Positions 10,214-19,166 of a DNA stretch of 31,178 nt are shown here, in pieces (position 1 is the stretch's first letter; the number at the start of each line of letters is the position of its first letter). Source of the stretch: an uncultured bacterium. Its GTDB lineage: Bacteria; Macinerneyibacteriota; Macinerneyibacteria; Macinerneyibacteriales; DSCS01. The position numbers were made by a program, and so were the translations under genes. The stretch spans positions 1 through 31,178 of the forward strand of contig CAZJQC010000011.1 of the NCBI GenBank assembly GCA_964548195.1, given 5' to 3'. The notes beneath the pieces were generated by a model that worked only from the letters and a program-made list of their open reading frames with translations, was not told the origin of the DNA and did not search any database.

Positions 10214-10965
10214 TATTCACCGGCTAATTTCTCCATGACGTCATCGTCGACGTCAAAGTTCGCGTAAACATTCTGCACGTCATCATTATCTTCAAGCATA
10301 TCCATCATCTTGAGGACTTTGGAAGCGCCGTTTTCTCCAAGGCTGACGGTGTTTTTGGGAATAAGCGTCAACGAGGACTCCTTCACTGCGACACCGCGCT
10401 CTTCAAGGAATTTTATGCTTTCCATGAGCGATGAGGGGTCACAATAAAGATCGAACATATCGCCGCCGTCGGCAATATCATCGATCCCCGCCTCTATGGC
10501 CATATCTGTAAGCTTTTCCTCGCTGACCACTGCCTTGTCTACGCTCATAAGCCCCTTTTTATCAAACATCCACGCGACGGAACCGTTCTCGCCCAGATTA
10601 CCGCCGACTTTTGAGAATATATGCCTTATCTCTGCAACGGTTCGGTTTTTATTGTCTGTCATGCCCTCCACGTAAACGGCAACGCCCTCCGGCCCGTAGC
10701 CTTCGTACACCACGTCCTCGTACATCACGCCCGGAAGTTCGCCCGTGCCCTTGAGTATCGCTCGCTCTATATTGTCTTTCGGCATATTATTTGCCTTGGC
10801 CTTTTCCACCGCCATTCTGAGACGGGGGTTTCCTTCGGGGTCACCGCCGCCAAGCCGTGCAGCCACGGTCACTTCCTTTATTATCTTTGTAAATATCTTC
10901 CCCCGGGCAGCATCGGCTTTGCCCTTTTTATGTTTTATTGTGCTCCATTTATTATGGCCTGACAT
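10213..10965 (-). CDS. yebC: YebC/PmpR family protein
   Basis: [28 protein letters not shown] and DDVQNVYAN motifs; lies upstream of ruvC. Confidence 0.96.
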   Translation of the reverse strand: MSGHNKWSTIKHKKGKADAARGKIFTKIIKEVTVAARLGGGDPEGNPRLRMAVEKAKANNMPKDNIERAILKGTGELPGVMYEDVVYEGYGPEGVAVYVEGMTDNKNRTVAEIRHIFSKVGGNLGENGSVAWMFDKKGLMSVDKAVVSEEKLTDMAIEAGIDDIADGGDMFDLYCDPSSLMESIKFLEERGVAVKESSLTLIPKNTVSLGENGASKVLKMMDMLEDNDDVQNVYANFDVDDDVMEKLAGE

Positions 10966-10992
10966 ATATTACCTCCTGATGCCTTTTGTATT

Positions 10993-11020
10993 AATATATC
11001 ATATATCAGATGTATTGCAA
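10993..11020 (-). promoter_or_regulatory. Promoter for the yebC-ruv operon
   Basis: TTGCAA-N16-TATATT with an extended -10 TG. Confidence 0.65.
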
Positions 11021-11043
11021 ATATTTTTGCCGGGGTTTCATTC

Positions 11044-11071
11044 TTGACATATCGTAATAATGTATTAGTTT
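11044..11071 (+). promoter_or_regulatory. Promoter for dus (probably gives a leaderless mRNA)
   Basis: TTGACA-N16-TAGTTT; the ATG follows after 7 nt with no SD. Confidence 0.6.
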
Positions 11072-11078
11072 ATCATTC

Positions 11079-12056
11079 ATGCTTGACAAAAACACGCTGC
11101 TGCTCGCTCCGCTGGCCGACATCACCGGGCCCGAGTTCCGCGCCCTGGTCGAGGACTACGGCGGATGCGACCTTTATTTTACCGAGATGCTCAGTTCGGG
11201 AGCGCTTGTGCGCGGCTCCCGCTTTGAATATTATTACCGTGATTTCTCCCCCGTGCCGAAAAAGACCGTGGCTCAGCTTGTTTCGCATGACGGCCGCCTG
11301 CTGAGGGAATCCGCCGAGGCAGTCCTTGAGATCCAACCGGATCTATACGGCATAGACATCAATATGGGATGCTCTGCGCCTCTTATATATAAAAAAGGCG
11401 GAGGGGTGTCCTGGATGAACCGCATACCTGAGATCACCCCTTTGATCAGTGATATCAGGAAGATCGCGGGTGAAAGGACTGTATCCGCTAAGATACGCCT
11501 GGGGTTTGAAAAGGACGCCGCCCATCTTTCGATGGTAGTCAAAGCGCTCTCGGAAGGCGGAGCTGATTTCATCACCATTCACGGAAGAAGCAAAAGTGAA
11601 AAATTTAAAAGAAGATCGGACTGGTCTTTTATAACCGCAGTAAAACAGAACGCCTCCATTCCCGTCATAGGAAACGGCGATATACGCTCCTACGAGGGCT
11701 ATGAAAGATGCAGGGACTCCTACCCTGTCTCAGGGGTCATGATCGGGAGAAAGGCGGCTGCCGCGCCCTGGTTCTTCTCATATATCAGGGAACGATCAAA
11801 AGGAAACGGGATCCCGGCGGCCTTTGACATGCGGACATGCCTGGATAATTATATACGCCTGTCGTATGAACATGTGCCCGCGGAATTAAGGCTCAGACGG
11901 TTCAAGAGATTCTGCTTGTACTTTTCAGAGAATTTGTTCTGGAACCATTCGTTCACGGTGAAAATCAGTAATTCAAAAGACTTCGAAAAGGCTGCCGACA
12001 CAGCCAGGGAATATTTCATCAGACACCCCGAAGAGTGCGAAAAGACCGAGGGGTGA
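11079..12056 (+). CDS. tRNA-dihydrouridine synthase family protein
   Basis: LAPLADIT, FTEML, DINMGC (catalytic Cys), SAKIRLG, TIHGR, PVIGNGDI and GVMIGR motifs. Confidence 0.93.
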   Translation: MLDKNTLLLAPLADITGPEFRALVEDYGGCDLYFTEMLSSGALVRGSRFEYYYRDFSPVPKKTVAQLVSHDGRLLRESAEAVLEIQPDLYGIDINMGCSAPLIYKKGGGVSWMNRIPEITPLISDIRKIAGERTVSAKIRLGFEKDAAHLSMVVKALSEGGADFITIHGRSKSEKFKRRSDWSFITAVKQNASIPVIGNGDIRSYEGYERCRDSYPVSGVMIGRKAAAAPWFFSYIRERSKGNGIPAAFDMRTCLDNYIRLSYEHVPAELRLRRFKRFCLYFSENLFWNHSFTVKISNSKDFEKAADTAREYFIRHPEECEKTEG

Positions 12057-12070
12057 GGATGAGCTCACCC
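12051..12070. terminator. Hairpin between convergent dus and lat (possible terminator)
   Basis: GGGTGAG-gatgag-CTCACCC stem; no adjacent U-tract. Confidence 0.4.
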
Positions 12071-12083
12071 CCCGCATGCCGTT

Positions 12084-13382
12084 TTACAGACTGGATCTCA
12101 TTATATCCAGAGCTTTGTCAATATCCTCTTTAGTCACATCCAGGAACGGCCTGAACCTGATAGATCTCTGGCCGCAGGGAAGAGCGATAAGCCCTTTTTC
12201 ATAAAGCGCCGCTTTGAAGGAATCACGTTTTTCAGTGCTCTCAAGATCAAACGCGATCATAAGTCCCTTGCCCCTGATATTGGTGATGTTGCCGTCGAGC
12301 CCCCTCAGTTTTTCCATAAGGTAAGCGCCCATCTTTTCAGCATTCTCCACCAACCCGTCTTCTTCGATGATCTGAAGGTATCTTGTTGAACGGACCATGT
12401 CGGTAAGATTTCCGCCCCAGGTGGAGTTGATCCTGCTTGACTCGTGGAACACGTTGTTTTCCACCTCATCAATGCGCTCTCCGGCAAAGATACCACAGAC
12501 CTGCATCTTTTTCCCGAAACAGATGATATCCGGTATGATGCCATAATGTTCATGAGCCCACATCTTTCCTGTGATGCCGACGCCGGACTGCACTTCGTCC
12601 ATTATAAACAGTATGTCGTTCTCATTGCATATGGACTGCAATGACTGCATATACTCCGCGCGGAAATGGTTGTCTCCGCCCTCGCCCTGTATGGGTTCTA
12701 TGATAAGCGCGGCGATATCGTCAGGATCTGCCGCAATGGCTTTTTTAATCTCGGCAAGAGATTTCTGTTCAGCCGCGATGATCTCATCAAGATGGTCTTC
12801 CACGGGAAACACGGCTTTGGGATTGGATACCCTGGGCCAATTGAATTTGGGGAAATATTTTGTTTTTCGGGGATCGAACGTGTTCGTCAACGACAAGGTA
12901 TATCCGGTCCTGCCGTGAAAAGCCTGCTCATAATGTATGACGCTGAAACCCTTTTCGCCTTTCACGCCTTTGGCCTGGTTCTTTCTGACTTTCCAGTCAA
13001 AAGCCGCCTTGAGGGCGTTTTCTACAGCCAATGCCCCGCCTGACACAAAAAACTGATACTTCATATACGAAGGCATCGCGATCCTGGCCACCGCGTCGAC
13101 GAACTCTGCCATCTCAACGGTGTAGATGTCGCTGTTTGAGGGATTGGATATGGCGACCCTTTTGATCTTGTCGAGAAACGCATCCTCTGTCATCTTTGGA
13201 TGGTTGTGCCCCAACGGCTGTGATGCAAAAAACGAAAAGAAATCCAGAAGCATCCTGTCATTTTTGGAGTCATAGATATAACTCCCCTTGCTCTTCACAA
13301 CATCATAAACCATGTCAAAACCGTCCATCAACATGTGCGACGCGATGGTCGAATGGACATCCTTCGGCAACAACTTACTCAT
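12084..13382 (-). CDS. lat: L-lysine 6-aminotransferase (class III PLP enzyme)
   Basis: LDFFSFFASQPLG.NHP, GGALAVENALKAAFDWK, FHGRTGYTLSLT, EPIQGEGGDNHF, FGKK and SRINSTWGG are Lat-type motifs. Confidence 0.9.
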   Translation of the reverse strand: MSKLLPKDVHSTIASHMLMDGFDMVYDVVKSKGSYIYDSKNDRMLLDFFSFFASQPLGHNHPKMTEDAFLDKIKRVAISNPSNSDIYTVEMAEFVDAVARIAMPSYMKYQFFVSGGALAVENALKAAFDWKVRKNQAKGVKGEKGFSVIHYEQAFHGRTGYTLSLTNTFDPRKTKYFPKFNWPRVSNPKAVFPVEDHLDEIIAAEQKSLAEIKKAIAADPDDIAALIIEPIQGEGGDNHFRAEYMQSLQSICNENDILFIMDEVQSGVGITGKMWAHEHYGIIPDIICFGKKMQVCGIFAGERIDEVENNVFHESSRINSTWGGNLTDMVRSTRYLQIIEEDGLVENAEKMGAYLMEKLRGLDGNITNIRGKGLMIAFDLESTEKRDSFKAALYEKGLIALPCGQRSIRFRPFLDVTKEDIDKALDIMRSSL

Positions 13383-13419
13383 ATGTAAACCTCCTTAATG
13401 ATTGTTGTTCTTCCTATGG

Positions 13420-13447
13420 ATTGTAAGGGTTTAAAATTTAGTGTCAA
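13420..13447 (-). promoter_or_regulatory. Promoter for lat
   Basis: TTGACA-N16-TACAAT, with an AAGGAGGT RBS downstream. Confidence 0.8.
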
Positions 13448-13630
13448 GCCTATTTACCCTCTCAGGCGTCTCAGACCCGTAAATGGATGTCAGTATGCAG
13501 ATATAGGTGTAAAAAACGATACCATAAAAAATAAATACGCGTTATCACTTTTAATCGGATTTAATATATCTGTTATCCTCAAAACATATAGCAGCTTTTA
13601 CCCCCGTTTTGTTAATATGACTTGACGATT

Positions 13631-13663
13631 AAAAAAGGGAGACGGCCCTCATGCCGCCTCCCC
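13631..13663 (-). terminator. Intrinsic terminator of the DUF1015-pta-aminotransferase operon
   Basis: Minus strand GGGAGGCGGC-atgagg-GCCGTCTCCC followed by T6. Confidence 0.85.
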
Positions 13664-13685
13664 ACAAGGATCCTGCAGTGAAGCC

Positions 13686-14852
13686 TTATTTAAGAAGCTT
13701 TTCGATGATATCCATTCCTTCGCGGATCTCATCCATCGAAGTGGCATAAGAAAGCCTGAGATAACCCTCTTTGCCGAAAGCGGCTCCGCTTACCGCGGCC
13801 ACCAGCCCCTCTTCCAGAAGAAACTCCACCAATTCATCGGCTCCCGACATGTTCATGTTTTTAATGGCTTCGGTGACGTCGGGAAAGACATAAAAGGCGC
13901 CGGATGGTTTTTTACAGCTGACACCGTTTATTTTATTCAGCCTTTCAATGATATAGTCCCGCCTTTTTTCAAACTCGGCTCTCATCATCTCGACCTCTTC
14001 ACCGCTGCCCTGTATGGCGGCCAGAGAAGCATATTGCGCTATCGAGTTGGGGCATGAGGTTATCTGCCCCTGAAGCATGGACATCTTTTTGATGATCCAC
14101 TGCGGGCCGGCCACAAACCCTATTCGCCATCCGGTCATGGCGTATGCCTTTGAGACGCCGTTTATGAGTATTGTCTTTTCAGGCAGGTACTTTGCGATGG
14201 TATAGTGTTTTTTGCCGTCGAATATAAGTTTTTCATATATTTCATCCGAAATGACCCATATGCTTCTCATGCGGCATAACTCCGCAAGTTCCTTGAGAAA
14301 CTTCTTGGAATACACGGCGCCGGTCGGATTGTTGGGTGAGTTCAGTATGATAAGTCTCGTTTTGGCGCTCAGCGCAGCTTCTATGTCAGCCATGGCCGGC
14401 TGAAAATGGTTTTCCGCTTTGCACGGCACCACCACGGGTTTCGCTTCAGCTGTCTTTATCTGCTCCGTATAGGAGACCCAGTAAGGCGAAAAGACTATGC
14501 ATTCGTCATCGGGGTTGAGTATTGTGAAAACCGCGTTCCAGAGTGCGTGTTTTGCGCCTGATGATATGAGTATATTGCTGCACTCATAACCTTTCAAGCC
14601 ATTGTCGCGGGCAAGTTTATCTATCACAGCCCGCTTGAGTTCCGGTATTCCGGAAGCCGTGGTATAGCGAGTCTTCCCCTGATTAAGCGCTTCTATGGCG
14701 GCATCTATTATATACTGCGGCGTGTCAAAATCGGGTTCTCCCGCTCCGAATGAAAGCACATGCGCTCCCTGCGCTTTCAGCTCATTTACCCTTTGTGTTA
14801 CTTTCAGCGTCGGTGACTCTGTCAGCATACCTACTATTTCGGAAAAAGGCAT
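13686..14852 (-). CDS. aspC: Aspartate aminotransferase (class I/II PLP-dependent)
   Basis: GEPDFDTP, NSPNNPTG, SDEIYE, SKAYAMTGWRIG and GAFYVF motifs. Confidence 0.88.
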   Translation of the reverse strand: MPFSEIVGMLTESPTLKVTQRVNELKAQGAHVLSFGAGEPDFDTPQYIIDAAIEALNQGKTRYTTASGIPELKRAVIDKLARDNGLKGYECSNILISSGAKHALWNAVFTILNPDDECIVFSPYWVSYTEQIKTAEAKPVVVPCKAENHFQPAMADIEAALSAKTRLIILNSPNNPTGAVYSKKFLKELAELCRMRSIWVISDEIYEKLIFDGKKHYTIAKYLPEKTILINGVSKAYAMTGWRIGFVAGPQWIIKKMSMLQGQITSCPNSIAQYASLAAIQGSGEEVEMMRAEFEKRRDYIIERLNKINGVSCKKPSGAFYVFPDVTEAIKNMNMSGADELVEFLLEEGLVAAVSGAAFGKEGYLRLSYATSMDEIREGMDIIEKLLK

Positions 14853-14870
14853 CTTGAATCATCCCCTTAA

Positions 14871-15863
14871 TCATTTGGTTAACAGCGTAAGGCATACGGT
14901 GTTAACAATATCATCAACATTACATCCGCGGGACAGGTCATTATACGGTTTGTCAAGCCCCTGTATGACAGGGCCCACAGCCTCGGCCCCCGCGATGCGC
15001 TGCACCAGTTTATAACCAATGTTCCCAGCCTCAAGTGACGGGAATATAAGACAGTTGGCAATGCCCCCTATGGGTGAACCGGGCGCTTTTTTTTCGGCCA
15101 CTGATGATATCAAGGCCGCGTCTGCCTGAAGTTCCCCGTCAAACTCAAAGGTGACTCCCCTGTCCAGCAATATATCTGCGGCAGCGGCGACCTTATCCAC
15201 CCGTTCATGCGCCGCACTGCCTTTTGTCGAAAAGCTCATGAGGGCGACCTTGGGTTTCACGCCCAGTATTTTCTCTGTGGTGGCGGCAGACGCTTCCGCT
15301 ATGTCAGCAAGCTGCTGAGGATCGGGGTCCGGCACCACTGCGCAGTCGCCGAACACAAGCAATCCGTCTTTACCGAACTCTTTTACGGGGGTCACCATGA
15401 TAAAGACCGAAGACACGGTCTTTATGCCCGCCCTGAGGCCAACGCCCTGTATGGCGGCCCTGAGGACGTCTCCCGTCGTATTCACAGCCCCGGCGACCAC
15501 AGCGTCTACCAGGCCTCTTTCAAGAAGCATGGCCGCATAATAAAGCGGCTTTTGCACGGCGGCGCGGGCATCCTCCTCGGACAATCCCTTGTGCTTCCTT
15601 TTTTCATGAAACCTCGCGACAAGCGCGTCAAAGTCCTCATCTGTGCGGTAGTCCCGGATCTCAACTGCATCAGGGTCTATTCCGTTTTTCACGCAGACCT
15701 GGCTCAGCCTTTCCGAGTCGCCTATCAATACTATTTTCGAGACCAGTCTCTCGCGCAAGAGTATGGACGAAGCCCCTATCATACGCCCGTCGTCGCTTTC
15801 AGGCAGGCAGACGACCCCCCCGAGCAATGACGCTTTATTTCTTATTTCAGATATAAAATCCAT
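14871..15863 (-). CDS. pta: Phosphate acetyltransferase (short, class I type)
   Basis: SFSTKGSA, DGELQADAA, FPSLEAGNIGYK and NDLSRGC motifs; start at MDFISE (15863). Confidence 0.94.
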   Translation of the reverse strand: MDFISEIRNKASLLGGVVCLPESDDGRMIGASSILLRERLVSKIVLIGDSERLSQVCVKNGIDPDAVEIRDYRTDEDFDALVARFHEKRKHKGLSEEDARAAVQKPLYYAAMLLERGLVDAVVAGAVNTTGDVLRAAIQGVGLRAGIKTVSSVFIMVTPVKEFGKDGLLVFGDCAVVPDPDPQQLADIAEASAATTEKILGVKPKVALMSFSTKGSAAHERVDKVAAAADILLDRGVTFEFDGELQADAALISSVAEKKAPGSPIGGIANCLIFPSLEAGNIGYKLVQRIAGAEAVGPVIQGLDKPYNDLSRGCNVDDIVNTVCLTLLTK

Positions 15864-15871
15864 GAATACCC

Positions 15872-17131
15872 CTAATCCAAAAGGTGGAGGCACATACCGC
15901 TTCTCAGTTTGGGCTCAAACCATGTGGATTTCGGCGGCATGACCTTGCCCGCGTCCGCCACTGACATCAGCTCTTCCATCGAAGTCGCTTTCATCGAAAA
16001 TGCCACGGAGAACCCCTTCTCATCCACGAGCTTTTCAAGTTCACCGAGCCCCCTTATGCCGCCTACAAAGTCGATTCTTTTGTCGGTCCTCGGGTCTCCG
16101 ATCCCAAGAAGCGGCGAAAGCAGGTTTTTCTGCAGTATGGCCACGTCAAGGGACTCTATGGGGTCGTCGTTGTCGATGATCTCCGGCCGGGCCGTGAGCT
16201 GATACCACCGCCCGGACAAATACATGCCGAAGGAATGGGTGGCGGCAGGCGAGTACGGATGCCCCGTGCTTCCCGCCTTTTTTACATCAAAACTCTTGCT
16301 TATTTCATCCAGAAACACAGGCTCCGTCATGCCGTTCAGATCTCTTACGACCCTGTTATAGTCCATTATATACATCTGGTCGTGGGGAAAGATTACAGAG
16401 AGAAAGAAATTATATTCTTCATCCCCGGTGTGGCCGGGATTATTCTCCCTCATCAGGCTGCGCACCCTTGTCGCGGCAGCCGACCTGTGATGGCCATCCG
16501 CGACATAGAGATAGTCGATGGCAGCAAACTCTTTCATTATGCGGTCAACAGTATCCGGGTCATCGATGACCCAGAACGTGTGCCTGACGACGACATTCTC
16601 ATCCGTGCTGAAATCATATTCAGGGGCTTTGGTCTCCGTGTATTGGCGGATCACTGTATCAAGGCTTTCTTTCGCCCTGTATGTGAGGAATACCGGCCCT
16701 GCATTTGCAAGAAGAGTGTGTACATGCCTTGTTCTGTCGTCTTCCTTGTCCTGCCTTGTGAATTCATGTTTTTTTATAATATTGTTCTCATAATCATCGA
16801 CGGATGCAGCCGCCATTATGCCCGTCTGAACATGCTCGCCCATCTGCTGGCGGTATATGTAATATGTCTCTTTATCATCCTGTTGCATCCAATGGTTGTC
16901 AATAAGCCTGTCAAGGTTTTCCCTGGCTTTAGCGTATACGGAATCATCATAGAGATCCGTGTCGACCGGAAGGTCTATTTCCGGCTTCACCACATGTAAA
17001 AAAGAATATTCATTCCCCGATGCCATCTCTCTGGCTTCCATTGAATTGACAACGTCATACGGGGGGGACGCTATCTTATCGGCGAACTCCCGAACCGGAC
17101 GCAAACCTTTGAAAGGTCTAACAACAGCCAT
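15872..17131 (-). CDS. DUF1015 family protein
   Basis: MAVVRPFKGLRP, PPYDV, IKKHEFT, YVADGHHR and MPPKSTWFEPKLRSG are family motifs. Confidence 0.92.
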   Translation of the reverse strand: MAVVRPFKGLRPVREFADKIASPPYDVVNSMEAREMASGNEYSFLHVVKPEIDLPVDTDLYDDSVYAKARENLDRLIDNHWMQQDDKETYYIYRQQMGEHVQTGIMAAASVDDYENNIIKKHEFTRQDKEDDRTRHVHTLLANAGPVFLTYRAKESLDTVIRQYTETKAPEYDFSTDENVVVRHTFWVIDDPDTVDRIMKEFAAIDYLYVADGHHRSAAATRVRSLMRENNPGHTGDEEYNFFLSVIFPHDQMYIMDYNRVVRDLNGMTEPVFLDEISKSFDVKKAGSTGHPYSPAATHSFGMYLSGRWYQLTARPEIIDNDDPIESLDVAILQKNLLSPLLGIGDPRTDKRIDFVGGIRGLGELEKLVDEKGFSVAFSMKATSMEELMSVADAGKVMPPKSTWFEPKLRSGMCLHLLD

Positions 17132-17179
17132 ATTTACTCCTTTCAGGTAGTATGAAAATACAAACAAACCCTGAAACTG

Positions 17180-17207
17180 ATAATATACATAACTCGAAAA
17201 GTGTCAA
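17180..17207 (-). promoter_or_regulatory. Promoter for DUF1015-pta-aspC
   Basis: TTGACA-N16-TATTAT. Confidence 0.8.
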
Positions 17208-17240
17208 TAATAATAGTTCAAAGATTAACGAAAACCGCTT

Positions 17241-18032
17241 TTACCGAAGGCTGTTTTTCTTTATTCTGTGCTGTATAAGCCTCAATAGAAAAAACACCGC
17301 CAGAGAAATATATATCATGACGACGGCTATGGGCTTGGAATATTTCAGCCCGAAAGATGTAAACCTCTCGTATATCATGACCGGAGCAGTCATGGGATGG
17401 TACGCAAGTATGACCACAGCTCCGAATTCGCTTAAACCTCTCGCCCACATCATGATCATGCCGGATATGATATCTGATACGGAGCATGGCAGCACGACTC
17501 TGAAAAATGCTTCCGTTCGCGAGGCGCCCAGGTTCATCGCCACATATTCGAGACGGCGGTCCACCTTCTTGAACCCCTCTTTTGAACTGTTGACCAAATA
17601 GGAAAAACTCACAAAAAACATGCCCAGGACGACACCGTAAGCCGTATCAACGAATTTGACGCCAAAGAGTGAAAAAAACCGCCCCAGAAAAAAACGGCTT
17701 CCGTATACGCTCAATAAGGCAATGCCCGCCGCAGAATGAGGTATCATGACAGGGATATCCACAAGAGCCTCTATAATACCCTTTGCCCAAAAATCCGATC
17801 TCGCCAGCACATAAGCACAGGGTATGCCCAGGAGAACACCCGCAACCGTGGCAAAAAAAGACGACTCCAGCGTAAACAAGACAGACCGGATTATCTTGGG
17901 ATCGCTCTTGATATACCTCAAGAAATCGGGTGATACCGAAAGAAGCATGTTTGCCACCGGTATCGTTATACCAAGTATCAGACCCGCCGCAAAGAGATAA
18001 AAAAAAGCCTTGAACAACCTGTCCCTCATCAC
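17241..18032 (-). CDS. Tungstate/molybdate ABC transporter permease (WtpB/ModB-like)
   Basis: DIPVMIPHSAAGIALL, EAA-like LEYVAMNLGAS, WARGLSEFGAV and YHPMTAPVMIYERF. Confidence 0.85.
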   Translation of the reverse strand: MMRDRLFKAFFYLFAAGLILGITIPVANMLLSVSPDFLRYIKSDPKIIRSVLFTLESSFFATVAGVLLGIPCAYVLARSDFWAKGIIEALVDIPVMIPHSAAGIALLSVYGSRFFLGRFFSLFGVKFVDTAYGVVLGMFFVSFSYLVNSSKEGFKKVDRRLEYVAMNLGASRTEAFFRVVLPCSVSDIISGMIMMWARGLSEFGAVVILAYHPMTAPVMIYERFTSFGLKYSKPIAVVMIYISLAVFFLLRLIQHRIKKNSLR

Positions 18033-19072
18033 GACACCTCTACGGACCCGGATTTAAAGATCAGATACACCCTCGCATCAGCTTTGAGGCCGAGCTCAGT
18101 CAGAGACCTCTTGGTAATAAAAGCGGTTATTTCCTCTTTGTTGAAGCTTATGTTCACTTTTATACCGTAACTTGTTATGGTGGTGTTTGTTACCACACCC
18201 TGAAATGTATTTCTGGCGCTGGTGACGATGTTGGTATTGGAGAGTATTATGTCCTGCGGCGGTATATGGACAAGGTATTCGCTGCCGTCCTTAAGCCCCT
18301 CTTTATATAGTGAGATATTGGCATTATAAAGGCGATGCTCGGCTGCATCGTATTTCATGAGAAAAATATTTTCCTTCTTTACCAATTGCGCGCATTGTTC
18401 CGATACGGGCTTTTCATATACATCGCACGTGCTGCCAGTCTGTATGATGCGCCCCCCGTCCATGACACCGAGTTTGTCGGAAAGAAACATGGCTTCCTCA
18501 ATATCATGAGTGACATGTATTACAGTCATCTTATTGAGATTATACAACGACTTAAGCTGTTTCAATATATCCCATTTCGTGATCGAATCAAGGGCTGCAA
18601 AAGGCTCGTCGAGGAGGAGAAGCCTTCGGTTTTGTATCATCGTCCTGGCAAGCGCAACACGCTGCCTCTCTCCCCCGGAAAGGTTATAGATTGAACGGCT
18701 TATTATATCCTCTATCCCCATCATCTCGACCATCTCGTCAAACCTGCGTCCGCACTCCGACCGCGACAGCCGCATATGCCGCAATGCAAACATGATATTC
18801 TGCCTCACATCCATGTTGGGGAACAAAAAAAGCTTTTGATAGACTATGCCGATATCCCTTTTGCCTATGGGGTCACGGCTGATATCTCTCCCGTCAAGGA
18901 TGATCCTGCCGGCTTTCATCCTGTTGACCCCCACCAGAGTCTCCAGCAATAGTGTCTTGCCGCTTCCCGTGGGACCCACTATGGTCATAAACTCGCCTTT
19001 ATTGACCTCAAGTGAGATGTCCCTGAGGCTGAAATCACCTTTGTCCAGGGAAAGATTTTCGATCTTTAACAT
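18029..19072 (-). CDS. Tungstate/molybdate ABC transporter ATPase (WtpC/ModC-like, with C-terminal TOBE/mop domain)
   Basis: GPTGSGKT, LSGGERQR, LLLDEP and HVTHD motifs; C-terminal TSARN...ITKRS..ELGL. Start uncertain (19072 or 19090). Confidence 0.85.
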   Translation of the reverse strand: MLKIENLSLDKGDFSLRDISLEVNKGEFMTIVGPTGSGKTLLLETLVGVNRMKAGRIILDGRDISRDPIGKRDIGIVYQKLFLFPNMDVRQNIMFALRHMRLSRSECGRRFDEMVEMMGIEDIISRSIYNLSGGERQRVALARTMIQNRRLLLLDEPFAALDSITKWDILKQLKSLYNLNKMTVIHVTHDIEEAMFLSDKLGVMDGGRIIQTGSTCDVYEKPVSEQCAQLVKKENIFLMKYDAAEHRLYNANISLYKEGLKDGSEYLVHIPPQDIILSNTNIVTSARNTFQGVVTNTTITSYGIKVNISFNKEEITAFITKRSLTELGLKADARVYLIFKSGSVEVS

Positions 19073-19098
19073 AAATCCATGTGCTTTCATATGCATAA
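19034..19098. repeat. Degenerate 65-nt direct repeat, copy A (5' end of the ABC ATPase gene)
   Basis: Aligns to 20276-20340 with 57 of 66 columns identical by manual alignment. Confidence 0.9.
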
Positions 19099-19100
19099 CG

Positions 19101-19128
19101 AGGATATGCCATTTAGTAAAAATGTCAA
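19101..19128 (-). promoter_or_regulatory. Promoter for the ABC ATPase-permease genes
   Basis: TTGACA-N16-TATCCT. Confidence 0.7.
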
Positions 19129-19166
19129 TTTAAAAAATGAAACATCGACAGCCTTATCCTCGGGGG

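Noticed and set aside
13455..13490. CTGAGA/CTCTCAGG motifs suggesting a TPP or glycine riboswitch before lat
   Set aside because: The other conserved riboswitch elements are missing, and the motifs lie upstream of the predicted promoter, so they would not be in the mRNA.
13573..13581. TTATCCTCA, one mismatch from a DnaA box
   Set aside because: It is a single imperfect box with no cluster and no origin-associated genes nearby.
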